Shown: positions 40,166 to 51,606 of the stretch, piece after piece
Layout: each line of letters begins with the position of its first letter
Position numbering within the stretch: position 1 is the first letter of the stretch
Source of the DNA: Octopus bimaculoides
Taxonomy: Eukaryota
NCBI RefSeq assembly: GCF_001194135.2
Contig: NC_068981.1
Coordinates: 18,195,382 to 18,259,381 of the forward strand
DNA: 64,000 bases
Reading direction: 5' to 3'
Made by a program: the position numbers and the translations under genes
Notes under the pieces: model-generated
What the model saw: the letters and a program-made list of their open reading frames with translations, nothing else
The model's database searches: none
What the model was told of the DNA's origin: nothing

Positions 40166-41167
40166 CCTCCCATTCCCACCTCCTTCTCTTCCTCTGACTT
40201 TGTGTATAAGCCGTCTCTGGGTGGGGCTACAGTATGATAGTGAACTTAAACCCGAACCACTAGGATTCTTAAGAGTAAAATGCTTACCCAGCAAAGAATT
40301 GAACTTGTCTCTTGCATCACAGGTGAGAGATACTTGCCACTATACCACTATACTAACATTCTACTGGTAAAAACTATAACTACCAATACTAACTATTACC
40401 ATGTGTAATACTAGTACCCAAAAGAAACTGTGATGCTATGCACAGAGATGTGAAAAAGTATTCTAAACACATTTCGTTTTTCATGCAACTGGTTTTATTT
40501 TTAATATAACCTAAGGTTTTGTTGCATTTCATTTTTCGGGAAACCGATTCCAGTTTTTTTCTGAATAACTTGTAACTCACTCAACATATATCCTGAAAAC
40601 TTGTTAAAAAGTCTGACATGCTACCAACTGTGCTACCAAAGCCTTGTAGGTAGCATGTTAGTCTTGTAATTTTTTAGTACATACACACATCTGTGTGTAT
40701 GTATGTATGTATGTATGTATGTATGTATGTATGAATGTATACATGTATGGATGTATATAATGGTTTTTATCTGTATACCTGTGTATAAAAATGATGATAT
40801 ATTTATATATATCTGTGTGTATACATACATACATACATACATATATATATATATACATATATACAGAGAGAGAGAAAGAGATAAGTGAACAGATACAAAC
40901 TGTATACATATAGAAATGTATATATGTGTGTCTATATATTTATTTTTTAAGAAAGTTCGTGGTGTCACCAAAGTTCTGCATGGTACATACACTCACACAC
41001 GTGTGCCCACACATCCACGCAAGCACACACACACACATGCATATTGAAAGATAAGCACACATGCAAACACATATATAAGTAAATATGTATGTTTATCTAT
41101 CTATCTATCTATGAGTATATATTTATATTTATATATATATATATGTATGTATGTATGTATGCATGTT

Positions 41168-41253
<86 letters not shown>

Positions 41254-41352
41254 TACATATATATATATATATACATATACACACACACACATATATATAT
41301 ACACACACACGCATATATATATACATGCTTGTATCATGTATGTGCATGTATT

Positions 41353-41394
<42 letters not shown>

Positions 41395-42293
41395 TGTGTG
41401 TGTAGATTTGCTTTTTAAGAAAGATGAGTGACATCAAATTTTTGTATCACACACACACACACACACACACACATTTCTTCCCCCTTAATTTGCTGGTTTC
41501 AGTCATCAAACTCAGGCCATGCTGTAGTACTGAATTCAATGGTTTTAGACTATCGTATCAACAGGATTCATAATATAAGTAGTCACTTGAACTGTAAGAA
41601 ATAGCAGGGTTCTGGGTTCAGTCCCACTGTATAGCACCTTGGGTAAGTGTCTTCTACTATGGCAGCAGACTGACAAAAGCCTTATGAGTGGGTTTGGTAG
41701 ATGGAAACTGAAAGAAGCCTGTCATTATATATGTATATATGTGTCAGTTGTGTGTGTACTAGTGTTGCTAGAGTGTGTGCCGCCTGGGGCAGCTCTTCCA
41801 TTTGCTGTCCCTGGAGCTCACAAAAAACATAACTTGCCTACAGCAGACCCAAAAGTGCTGCGCCTTTAAAAGTGCCACCTGGGGCAGACTGCCTCTACCG
41901 CTCCCACCTTCTATGCTAGTGTGTGTAGGTGTGTGTGTATTTGTTTGCATCTTTGTCCCCCCCCCACCACTTGACAACTGGTGTTGGTGTGTTTACGTCC
42001 CTATAACTTAACAGTTTGGCAAAAGGTGCTGATAGATTAAGTAGCAGTCTTAAAAAAATAAAAGTACAGGGGTTGATTCGTTTGAAGCAAGTGAAAGAAG
42101 CAATTAATTATGGAGGAGGAACGCTAAGCAGTGATAGGTGAAATTGCAATGTTATTATCAATCTGAATATACTTGATGCACATTTGGACTGGGAAACAAG
42201 TTACTCACAGTGTTTCGTCATGGAAAATATATCTTGCTTGTTGACAAATGGTGTGTATGCAGCTGGATCAGCTCGCAGTGCCATCTACCTAAA

Positions 42294-42341
42294 CTGTGTA
42301 ATGTTAACATTTCAAAGTAATTGTCTCCTCATTGATCACAG
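42294..42341 (-). ncRNA. Minimal type-I hammerhead motif, copy 1 (more decayed core)
   Basis: CTGTGA-TCAATGA-GGAG-ACAATTA-CTTT-GAA-ATGTTAACAT-T-ACACAG. Helix I is CTGTG/CACAG. Confidence 0.5.
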
Positions 42342-42636
42342 ACACTAAACATATGGCACTGTGAGTTGAATTAAGAGGTTACCTCTCTTATGCTTTTCCA
42401 GTCACCATACAGTGACTGGCAGTGCTATATGACAGCTCACTGTAAGCAAATTATGGACGGGGAGCACTAAGCAGTGATAAGTGAAATTGCAATGTTGTTA
42501 TCAGTCTGAATCTTCTTGATGCACGTTGAGACTGGTGAATAAGCTACTCACTGCATTTTGTCATAGAGAATACATCTTGCTTGTTGACAAATGGTATGTA
42601 TACACCTAGGTCAGCTTGCAACGCCACCTACCTAAA

Positions 42637-42684
42637 ATGTGAAATGTTAACATTTCGGAGTAGTTATCTCCTCATCGGTCATGG
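42637..42684 (-). ncRNA. Minimal type-I hammerhead motif, copy 2
   Basis: CATGA-CCGATGA-GGAG-ATAACTA-CTCC-GAA-ATGTTAACAT-T-TCACAT. The core has U4C, helix II is 4 bp, and helix III is a 10-nt palindrome. Confidence 0.6.
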
Positions 42685-43412
42685 ACACTAAGCATATGGC
42701 ACTGTGAGCTGAATTAAGAGGTTACCACTCTTATGCTTTTCCAGTCACCATACAGTGACTGGCAGTGCTATATGGCAGCTCACTGTAAATAAATTACAGA
42801 GGAAGAGCACTAAGCAGCGATAAGTAAAATTGCAATAATATTTTGAACTGATAATAACACTGCAAACAATTAATAAATCACAAACAATGCATTTGTGCCA
42901 TTGTTGAACCCAACGTTTGGCTCCACTTTGAAAAGAATGAGGTGTGCACTGTGCACTCTTCTATCCACTTCTTCACAGTCAATTTCACCACATCTACACC
43001 AGTGTTTCTAAAGACTGAGCAGGTAGAAGCTGGAAGGTGCCAGATCTGGGGTGTACGGCAGATGGGCCGATACAGCTTGGCATCAGTGATGTCGCAACTC
43101 ATTTCTACAGCTGAGTGAACTGGAGCAATGTGAAATAAAGTGTCTTGCTCAAGAACACAACACACAGCCTGGTCCGGGATTCAAACTCACAACCTCACGA
43201 TCATATGCTTGATGCTCTAACCACTGAGCCATGCACCTTCACACACACACACACACATATAGAATATGAGGGGCTTAGTTCACTGGTGATCTAAACGAAT
43301 AGGTACGCTGGGTAAGTACTATAATTGGTCATCCATTAGGTTCCAAGTTCACAGCTGAGGCTGGAGCTAGGGGTGTGTAGTAGGCTCCTGAGTTAGCAGG
43401 TATATATTAGAA

Positions 43413-44164
43413 GAAAAAGGACAACAAGAACCAAGGCAGGATGCTTGTCTCAAGTCATTTAGAATATTTAATTAGAGTAAGGTGAATTCGAAGTAGTTAA
43501 TTAATTAATTAATACAGACAGGAGAATAAAATTCACAGCTCATCTTCTGCCAGATAGTATGGAGGGTGGTCTGTACTTCCATAAAGGTATAGGTCCTTAA
43601 GTATAATCTCAGGTAAATCGAGGCAGTATTTTGGCATTATTTTGAATGTTGCATTCATTCCTTCAATATAAGTGCAACATTCAAAATGCTGCCAAAATAC
43701 TGCCTGGATTTACCTGGAATTATACTTAAGGATCTATGCCTTCATGGAAGTATGGACCATCCTCCATATCATCTGGAGGAAGATGAGCTGTGAACTTTAT
43801 TCTCCTCTCTCTATTCTTGTATCTACAGCTTTAGTCTTTATTCCTATATCTACTATTTTATTCTTTTATACACTGTGAATTCTCTGTCTACAACTTTCCG
43901 ATATACTCACTTTGTCTCTGATGACAAAATACCCAGATGACAAAATACCCACATGTGTGGAGATGCTAACTTATCAAATGACAAATTTACCCAGATGACA
44001 AAATACCCACATGTGTGGAGATGCTAACTTATCACTAAGGATATCCCAGAAACAGCTGTAAGAGTCCAACTAATTAATTAACTATTTCAACTTCACCTTA
44101 CTCTAATTACATATTCTAAATGACTTGAGACACTCGTCCTTCCTTGGTTTTGTTGTCCTTTTTC
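43413..44164. mobile_element. Nested double fold-back (about 750 bp) with a disrupted hammerhead
   Basis: Outer arms 43413-43507 / 44070-44164; inner arms 43520-43653 / 43673-43806. CTCTGATGA at 43916 and GAA-ACAGCTGT-A-AGAG at about 44049-44064 are separated by an internal duplication of about 60 bp. Confidence 0.85.
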
Positions 44165-44171
44165 CTCTCTC

Positions 44172-44211
<40 letters not shown>

Positions 44212-44461
44212 CCTATAGAATAAGTACTAGGATTACAAAGAATAAGTCCTGGGGTTAATTTGCTCGACTAAAGGTGGTGCTCCAGCATGGCCACAGTCAA
44301 ATGACTGGGTATTTGTACCTGATATTCCTGCTGTGTGTGTAGACAATGCAACACAGCTAAGTGAAGACATCCACTCTTGGCAATTCAGTCATATACTTTT
44401 TATAAAGGTACTTTCTATAGTATTTCCAAAGCGCAGATTCCAAGTTAGGTGAATAAAATAC

Positions 44462-44658
44462 GAATGAGTAACAAATATGTACAGGTGTCAATTCATTATG
44501 GCCATTTCAAGCGCTTCCTTTAATTGATTCATGAAAACATTACATCGTTACAAAGAAACATTTTCTTTCAAATAAGGTAATGTTCTCATTAACCAATTAA
44601 AGGAGTCATTTGAAACAGCCATAATGAATTGACACCTGTACATCTTTGTTACTCATTC
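44462..44658. mobile_element. ~200-bp fold-back related to the 8184-8404 element
   Basis: Arms 44462-44543 / 44577-44658. Shares 'ATTACATC...AAAC..TTTTCTT.CA' and 'TTTGAAACAGC..TA.TGAA' with the 8.2-kb element. Confidence 0.8.
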
Positions 44659-45325
44659 ATATAGATATATGTATACACACAGACACACACATGTATATAT
44701 GATTACATAAATACACTTTAAAACCAAAGTTTGAAAATAAATTTTCAATTTCTGTAAGTTATCAAATAACAGGTGTTTTTCCATGTGAGAAGGGAAGAAA
44801 CTTCAAGCAAACTCATGTTAAAAGTTATCTACAATATCACTGAAGACATGTGATAACACATATTGGTCTATTATCATATGTCTGCATACAGCTGTTTTTA
44901 TCTTGAACCAACACCAGTAACATATATTTGCTGTGTATATGTGATAATGAAATAAATAAACATAAGTGACTCAGATGGATAATAACACCAGAAGAAAACA
45001 TAAGCAGCCAGCATTGTAGAATCAGACATTTAACTAACTTCATAAGGTGTAAGATGAAGAAGTTCAGAGCATATCAAACTATAACTTATGAAAAGATTTA
45101 CGAAATGTATGGAGACTGTGCTCTAAATTTTGGAGAGAAAATGAACAACTTTAAAGCATGAACTTAAAATTTGGAGAGAAAAGCTGTTGTCTGAAAAGGG
45201 GAAAAAAGGGGGCAAAAAATAACAGAATGAACTGAGATTAGCAGAATGAACTGAGATTAGCAGAATGAACTGAAATTAGAAGTTTGACTTTTAATCTACA
45301 GGGTCTTCTTGAATAGTTGTCACAG

Positions 45326-45358
45326 CTGAAGGAAAATATAGAAGGAGACAAGACCTTG
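45326..45358 (+). CDS. Candidate 33-nt micro-exon of the UNC13-family-like gene
   Basis: gttgtcacag| LKENIEGDKTL |gtatct (cf. Munc13 'VSIIEEDKNSY'). The match is short and could be chance. Confidence 0.25.
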
Positions 45359-45659
45359 GTATCTTCAGGGATAAGGCCTCACTTGATATGCAAGAAAGGT
45401 TTCAGTATAAATTCCATGAACTGTACTCAGGGCTATATCTAAAAGAAAACAAACACTCAACTGATCAGCGAAAATGTATTCATCTACAAAGTACAGGAAT
45501 GGCTATGTGGTAAGAAGTTTGCTTCCCAACTACATGGTTCTGGGTTCAGCCCTACTGTGTGGCACCTTGGGCAAGTGTCTTCTTCTGCATCCTCAGGCCA
45601 ATCAAAGCCTTGTGAGTGGATTTGGTAAACGGAAACTGAAAGAAACATATTACTGTGTA

Positions 45660-45695
<36 letters not shown>

Positions 45696-47352
45696 ATTTT
45701 ATCCCTCACTACAACTGATGTTGATGAGCTTACATCCCTGTAACTTAGTGGTAGAATAAGTAACAGGCCTTATAAAAAAGCAAAAAAAAAAAAAAGATTA
45801 AGTACAAGGGTTGATTTTTCTACTAAAATTCTTCAAGGCACTGCTCCAGTATGGCAGCTGTCTAATGACTGAAACAAATAAAAGATAGAAAAATACAAGA
45901 TAAAGATTCATTTATCATGGTCTCACTGTTTCCCCTCACTCTGCTTCTATTACAATGGCTCCTGATCCTGTGAACTTGTTAGTTGCATAACCTCTCCTTC
46001 CAAAACTCTCCTGCCTTTTGTTTCAAGATATCTTGGATGGAAACAGAACCCAAAACTGAGTTTTAAATACTTCCTCCATCCACCTTTCTTTCACTTCATT
46101 TCAGCTGTGGTTCCTCTCCAAGACTCTACAGAAAACAGTTTCCCAGTCCTTGCCCTCCCCCAACTGTTACCTTCTGGAATTACGCTCCTCCTAATGTTTT
46201 CTCTTGAGATATTGCTGAACTGGTGTTTAAATTGGCCATCAACTGCATTGCTCTTAACAGCTCAGGGGGCATAAATATGGGAAAGTAATTTTCTTAGGGG
46301 GTGCAACCCAGTTTTTCAAGAGGTTGTTGAAAGCATTTCCACTGCCTTGCAAAAATTTTAGAGGAAGCACTTGTACCCCCTGCACCTCCGGTCCCTCTTG
46401 TTCCTGAGCCTATGTTGAAGGGCTCACAAAGATGATGGCCAATGAAAAAATTAGCCAAATGGAGCTAACTAGAAACGTAGTTTATTTAAAACATTAATTA
46501 ATACATTTAAAAAAAAATCATCAAGAATCTTTTAATTCCGTCATTGCTAATATCATGATTATTATTCTTCAGCTTACATTAACACAATACTTTGCAAATC
46601 ATGAAATATTTTTTTAAAATCTTTACATTAAACAATGTGCTGAATGCTTTTTGTTCCTGATTCATCTGGCAAACAATACAAATGCTTAATTGAAAAGTAA
46701 TGTTATATTTTTTTCAAATGTAACTTCAATTCTTTGACAAAGCAATGTACTATGTTAAGTAAATAAATATCTTTTGGTTTTTGACAATGAATATTCTAGC
46801 TGTTTGATCATCTGACTTATCTACTTTTTGAGTTGTGTCTAACTGGTTGAGTATCTCAAAGACATGTGTAACCTTAATGTAATTCTCAATGTGAATCAGC
46901 TAAATACAATATGTAAAAATTGCTGACTTCTTGAATTAAAAAGCAATTCATTCACTAGGCTTTCTTACAGTTTCCATATACCCAATTTCAAGATTCCATT
47001 TATTATTTCTTAGCTACTTGACTATACTAGCATCCATCATCATCACCATAGGCACCACAATGGCAATGATGACAATGATAACAACAGTAAACATGATGAC
47101 AACAAAGATGATGACGACCACTACCACCATCATCATCCTTCTCATTTTCATCATCATCACCATCCTCCTCCTCCTCATTGCTTTAACATCTATTTCTTCA
47201 TGCTGGCATGAATGAGGCTTTCTATTTTCTATGGCTCAATGCTCTTTCTGTTGCTAACACTCGCCAGCAAGGTAATATTTTTCCTCTAGTCTAGACATGT
47301 TTACAGAAGATTGCAGATAAAGGACAATGCTTTCACATGATGTCGTAACAAA

Positions 47353-47403
<51 letters not shown>

Positions 47404-48228
47404 TTGCTGAGCTTCTTTTCAGTTTCCTTCCATTTTTTTACCAAATTCTCTCATAAATCTTTGGTTGGCTCCGGGCTATAATAGAAGACACCTGCCCAAG
47501 GTGCTACACAGTGGGACGGAACCTGAAACGAGAGGGTTGCAAAATGAGCTTCTTAACCACACAGCCTTGCCTAGGCCTATATAAGGTAACTTCAGATTCA
47601 TCTTAAAGATTAAAACTCAAACTTTGTGGTCAATGTGGGTTTGTTCTGTTTTCTTTTTCCTTCACATCTCATGTATATTGTATCACAGTTCCTTTCAGAT
47701 ATTAGTATTATACATTAATATTATCAATTCAACATGTGCAATCATTAATCCAGACACATTTTTTAACTCTCTTTTACTTGTTTCAGTCATTTGACTGCGG
47801 ACATGCTGGAGCACTGCCTTTAGTCAAGCAAATCGACCCCAGGACTTATTTCTTTGTAAGCCTAGTACTTATTTTATCGGTCTCTTTTGCTGAACCGCTA
47901 AGTTACGGGCACGTAAACGCACCACTATCGGTTGTCAAGCGATATTGGGGGGGGGGGACAAACACAGACGCACAAACATATATACATATATACATATATA
48001 CGACGGGCTTCTTTCAGTTTCCATCTACTAAATCCACTCACAAGGCTTTGATTGGCCCGAGGCTATAGTAGAAGACACTTGCCGAAGGTGCCACACAGTG
48101 AGAAAAGAACCCAGAACCATGTGGTTTGTAAGCAAGCTACTTACCACACAGCCACTCCTGTGCCTATCTATTCCTCCATTTTATTCCTTTTTTTTCCATT
48201 TGTTTTCTTTCCTCATTCCTTTGTGTAG

Positions 48229-48273
48229 AAAAGCACAGGCTTGGAACATCAGAAATGCTTCCGTTTTACCTGA
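48229..48273 (+). CDS. Candidate exon of the UNC13-family-like gene
   Basis: A very strong polypyrimidine tract precedes ttgtgtag|. Phase 1 gives (E)KHRLGTSEMLPFYL (cf. Munc13 'DKHRLCKSADYMNLHF'). The donor |gtgtca is weak. Confidence 0.35.
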   Translation, partial: KSTGLEHQKCFRFT

Positions 48274-48480
48274 GTGTCAAAACTAATACATTTTGTTTGT
48301 TGTTCTCTCACCTGGCTCTGTCTTCTGTTTCTTGTACAATTTTGAACTACGTTACACATGATCATGGTTTCAAATTATGGTACAAGGCCAGCAATTTTAA
48401 GAGAGAAGCTTGGCACCTTGCTGTACTCAAGAAGACCCATACTCCACAGCAGAAGTGTTGAAACTAGTCCCTTGTGGCAG

Positions 48481-48900
48481 TGTCACATAATAGTGCCCAT
48501 GTGGTGCCATGTAAAAGGGCCAATGTGGAGTCACATAAAAGTGCCCATGTGGTGCCATGTAAAAGGGCCAATGTGGAATCACGTAAAAGTGCCCAGATGG
48601 TGCCATGTAAAAGGGCAAATGTGGAGTCACGTAAAAGTGCCCATGTGGTGCCATGTAAAAGGGCCAATGTAGAGTCACATGAAAGTGCCCATGTGGTGCC
48701 ATGTAAAAGGGCCAATGTGGAATCACATAAAAGTTCCCATGTGGTGCCATGTAAAAGTGCTGATGTAGAGCCATGTAAAAATGCCAATGTGGAGCTGCAT
48801 AAAAGTGCCTGTGGGGTGCCATGTAAAAATGCCAATGTGGAGTCACGTAAAAGTGCTTCTGTGGAGCCATGTAAAAATGCCCATGTGGTACCATGTAAAA
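48481..48900 (+). repeat. 48-bp (2 x 24) minisatellite expanded inside an RTE 3' tail
   Basis: Unit GTGCCCATGTGGTGCCATGTAAAAGGGCCAATGTGGAGTCACATAAAA, about 8-9 copies. Confidence 0.9.
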
Positions 48901-49299
48901 GCACCCAGCACATTCTGTACAGTGGATGGCATCAGGAAGGGCATCCAGCCATAGAAACCTAGCCAAAACAAACAACTGGAGTCTGGTGCAGCCTTCCGGC
49001 TTGCCAGCTCTGGTGAAACCGTCTAACCCATGCCAGCATGGACAATGGACGTTAAATGATGATAATGATGATGATAATGAGGGTGAGCTGATTACATTGT
49101 CCCCACTGTTCATCTGATACTTATTTTAACAACCCAGAAAGGATGAAAAACAGCATCAACCTCGGTGAGATTTGAACCCAGAACATGAAGAGGAGAAAGA
49201 AATGAATGCCATCTAAGCATTTTGTCCGACTCATTAATGACCATACCAGTTTCCCACCCTAGTATTACATATAATAATAGTGAGGACTGGTCGTTATAG

Positions 49300-49371
49300 T
49301 AGTTGGCAGTATAATGGTAACTATCTCCAACGGTGACACAGGTGACTAGGGTTCAATTCCTTGCCAGGCAG
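49300..49371 (+). pseudogene. Decayed tRNA-Asp-like sequence
   Basis: AGTATAATGGTAACTATCTCCAACGGTGACACAGGTGACTAGGGTTCAATTCCTTGCCAGGCAG aligns colinearly with metazoan tRNA-Asp (from memory). The anticodon arm is broken and A/B boxes are recognisable. Confidence 0.55.
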
Positions 49372-49719
49372 GTATTTTGTAACCAAGTGGTTTCAAAGCA
49401 AACTTTTAACCACATAGCCATCTACAAGGCTTTCTACTAAATTAAACTCAACAGTCTGTGTTTTAGACATTCTACTTGAATTGATTTCTGTCATTAAGTG
49501 TAGAAATCTATACTTAATTGAATAATTGCTTGGCATATTTGCAGTTCCTGATGGGAAAATTATTGCCAGAATTTACGGCTCTCTATTGCCTGGCAATATT
49601 TTTGGATGAATTCTGCTTTTTAGAATAAAAATATTGAAATGATTAATTATCCATTTCCAGGATTATTCTTTCTTGAATTTAATCATGCATTTGAAGAAAT
49701 CAAAGAAACAAAATATTTA

Positions 49720-49878
49720 TCATCATCATCATCATCGTCATCGTCGTCGTCGTCATCATCGTCATCATCAACATCATCATCATCAACATCATCATCATCA
49801 TCATCATCATTATCATCATCATCGTCATCATTATCGTCATCGTCATCATCATCATCACCGTCATCATCATCATCATTG

Positions 49879-49913
<35 letters not shown>

Positions 49914-50077
49914 GTCATCGTCATCATCATCGTCATCGTCATCATCATCCTCATCGTCATCATCATCAACATCATCATCATCATCATCATCATCATTACC
50001 GAGGTGGTAAGCTGGCAGAATAATTAGNNNNNNNNNNNNNNNNNNNNNNNNNNNNNNCGTCATCATCATCATCATTG

Positions 50078-50112
<35 letters not shown>

Positions 50113-50197
50113 GTCATCGTCATCATCATCGTCATCGTCATCATCATCCTCATCGTCATCATCATCAACATCATCATCATCATCATCATCATCATTA
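49720..50197. repeat. Long degenerate (CAT)n tract, partly duplicated across a 30-N gap
   Basis: About 49880-50027 recurs at about 50078-50226. Confidence 0.9.
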
Positions 50198-50503
50198 CCG
50201 AGGTGGTAAGCTGGCAGAATAATTAGCACACTGGGTAAAGTGCTTAGCAACATTCTGTCATTCTTTAGATTCTGAGTTCAAACTCTAACCAAGTTGCACT
50301 CTGCCTTTCATCCTTTTGGGGGTTGATAAAATAAGTACCAGTTGAGTACAGAGGTCGATGCAATCGATTTACCCCCTTCTCCATCCTTTTGACCTCAAAA
50401 AGATGAAAGACAAAGCTGAACTGATTGGATTTTGAACTCAGAACATAAACATGGACAAAATACTGCCAAGCACTTTGCCTGCTGCTACTGCTGCTGCTGC
50501 TCT

Positions 50504-50558
<55 letters not shown>

Positions 50559-50559
50559 G

Positions 50560-51010
50560 GTAGGTGATGAAGTGTTTGGATGCTTTCTTAAACAGTGTTT
50601 CGTACATTGTTGAATCCAAAAGCCTTACATCTGCCTCATTTCTTGGGCCATAACCATAACCTCCATGCACATTGTGAAAGTCATCAATATGTTGACCAGC
50701 ATGTCTGCTGAAGTCACCAGCTTTGATAATGAGGTCAATGTTACTCATTACTGATGTAATCTGTAGAAGGATTGCATAGAAGTGATCCTCCTGTTCTTTT
50801 GACAGTTGTACATGGTGGTTATATGCCAATATAAATGTTGATGTTGTATTGTCTATAATTAATCTTAACTTAATTATCCTATCATACCCTCGGACTACCT
50901 TTATTACTCTATCTACCCATTTCTCAGCTAACAATATACCTGTCTCATCTCTGCCATCACTATTGCCCACCCAGAAGAGTTTGAACTGCTGTTTCCTTCA
51001 TTTGAGGAGT
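50560..51010 (-). mobile_element. RTE LINE APE-endonuclease fragment
   Basis: GILLAEKWVDRVIKVVRGYDRIIKLRL...IIKAGDFSRHAG...HGGYGYGPRNEADVRLLD. Confidence 0.85.
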
Positions 51011-51560
51011 TTAGCTGAAGACCCCTTTCATCTTACCTCTTGCACACAACACACATACACTTGTCTACACTCCAGCACCTTCACAATCATACTAGATTTA
51101 CCTTGTGCCTACATTTAAAGTTACCATCCTAATGTTTTGGGACCTACAGAAGAAAGGGGCTGTCTTCGTGGTAAGTCTGTTTGGTTCTTTGTTTAGTCTG
51201 ACTGCACCTATACTTGTGCTTGGCTGGTAAATGGTGGACTGACAAGCATTATCTATTTTTTCTTTTCATTAAAATTGCTATCATTCATTTATTTATTTAT
51301 TTATTCCCCAACACTTGTACATGCTACACCAAGTGTTGTTCAAAAAGTGTTACCGACAAATAACGCCAGAAGATATAACTAAAATAAATAGATACGATAG
51401 GCTTTCAAGCACCCTAATGCAATAATGAGCATTATTATTATGTGACTTTGCTATAACTAGCACTGGTAGGGACCTAGTGTCAGGGTAGCTGTACCTATAT
51501 ATATGGGGTGATATATGAAATACTGCCATAGAGGATGGAGTGGAGGTTTGCTACTGATAA

Positions 51561-51606
<46 letters not shown>

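Larger units (their letters stand above)
42106..42837 (-). repeat. 343-bp tandem repeat (about 2.1 copies) with a decayed minimal hammerhead per monomer; retrozyme-like
   Basis: Unit starts at 42106, 42449 and 42792 (period 343). Copies are roughly 80% identical by eye. Confidence 0.9.

Noticed and set aside
42106-42837. CRISPR-like or coding tandem repeat
   Set aside because: There are no short repeats with unique spacers and no conserved ORF, and the context is eukaryotic.
42979-43022. Possible exon '(V)NFTTSTPVFLKTEQ'
   Set aside because: Splice sites are acceptable, but similarity is marginal and it abuts a SINE.
49880-50226. Apparent tandem duplication of (CAT)n plus SINE head
   Set aside because: The copies are identical on both sides of a 30-N gap, so this is probably overlapping contig ends.
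10363-50253. His/Thr, Ile/Tyr, poly-Asp/Ser/Met ORFs
   Set aside because: These are translations of (CA)n, (TA)n, (CATA)n and (CAT)n microsatellites.
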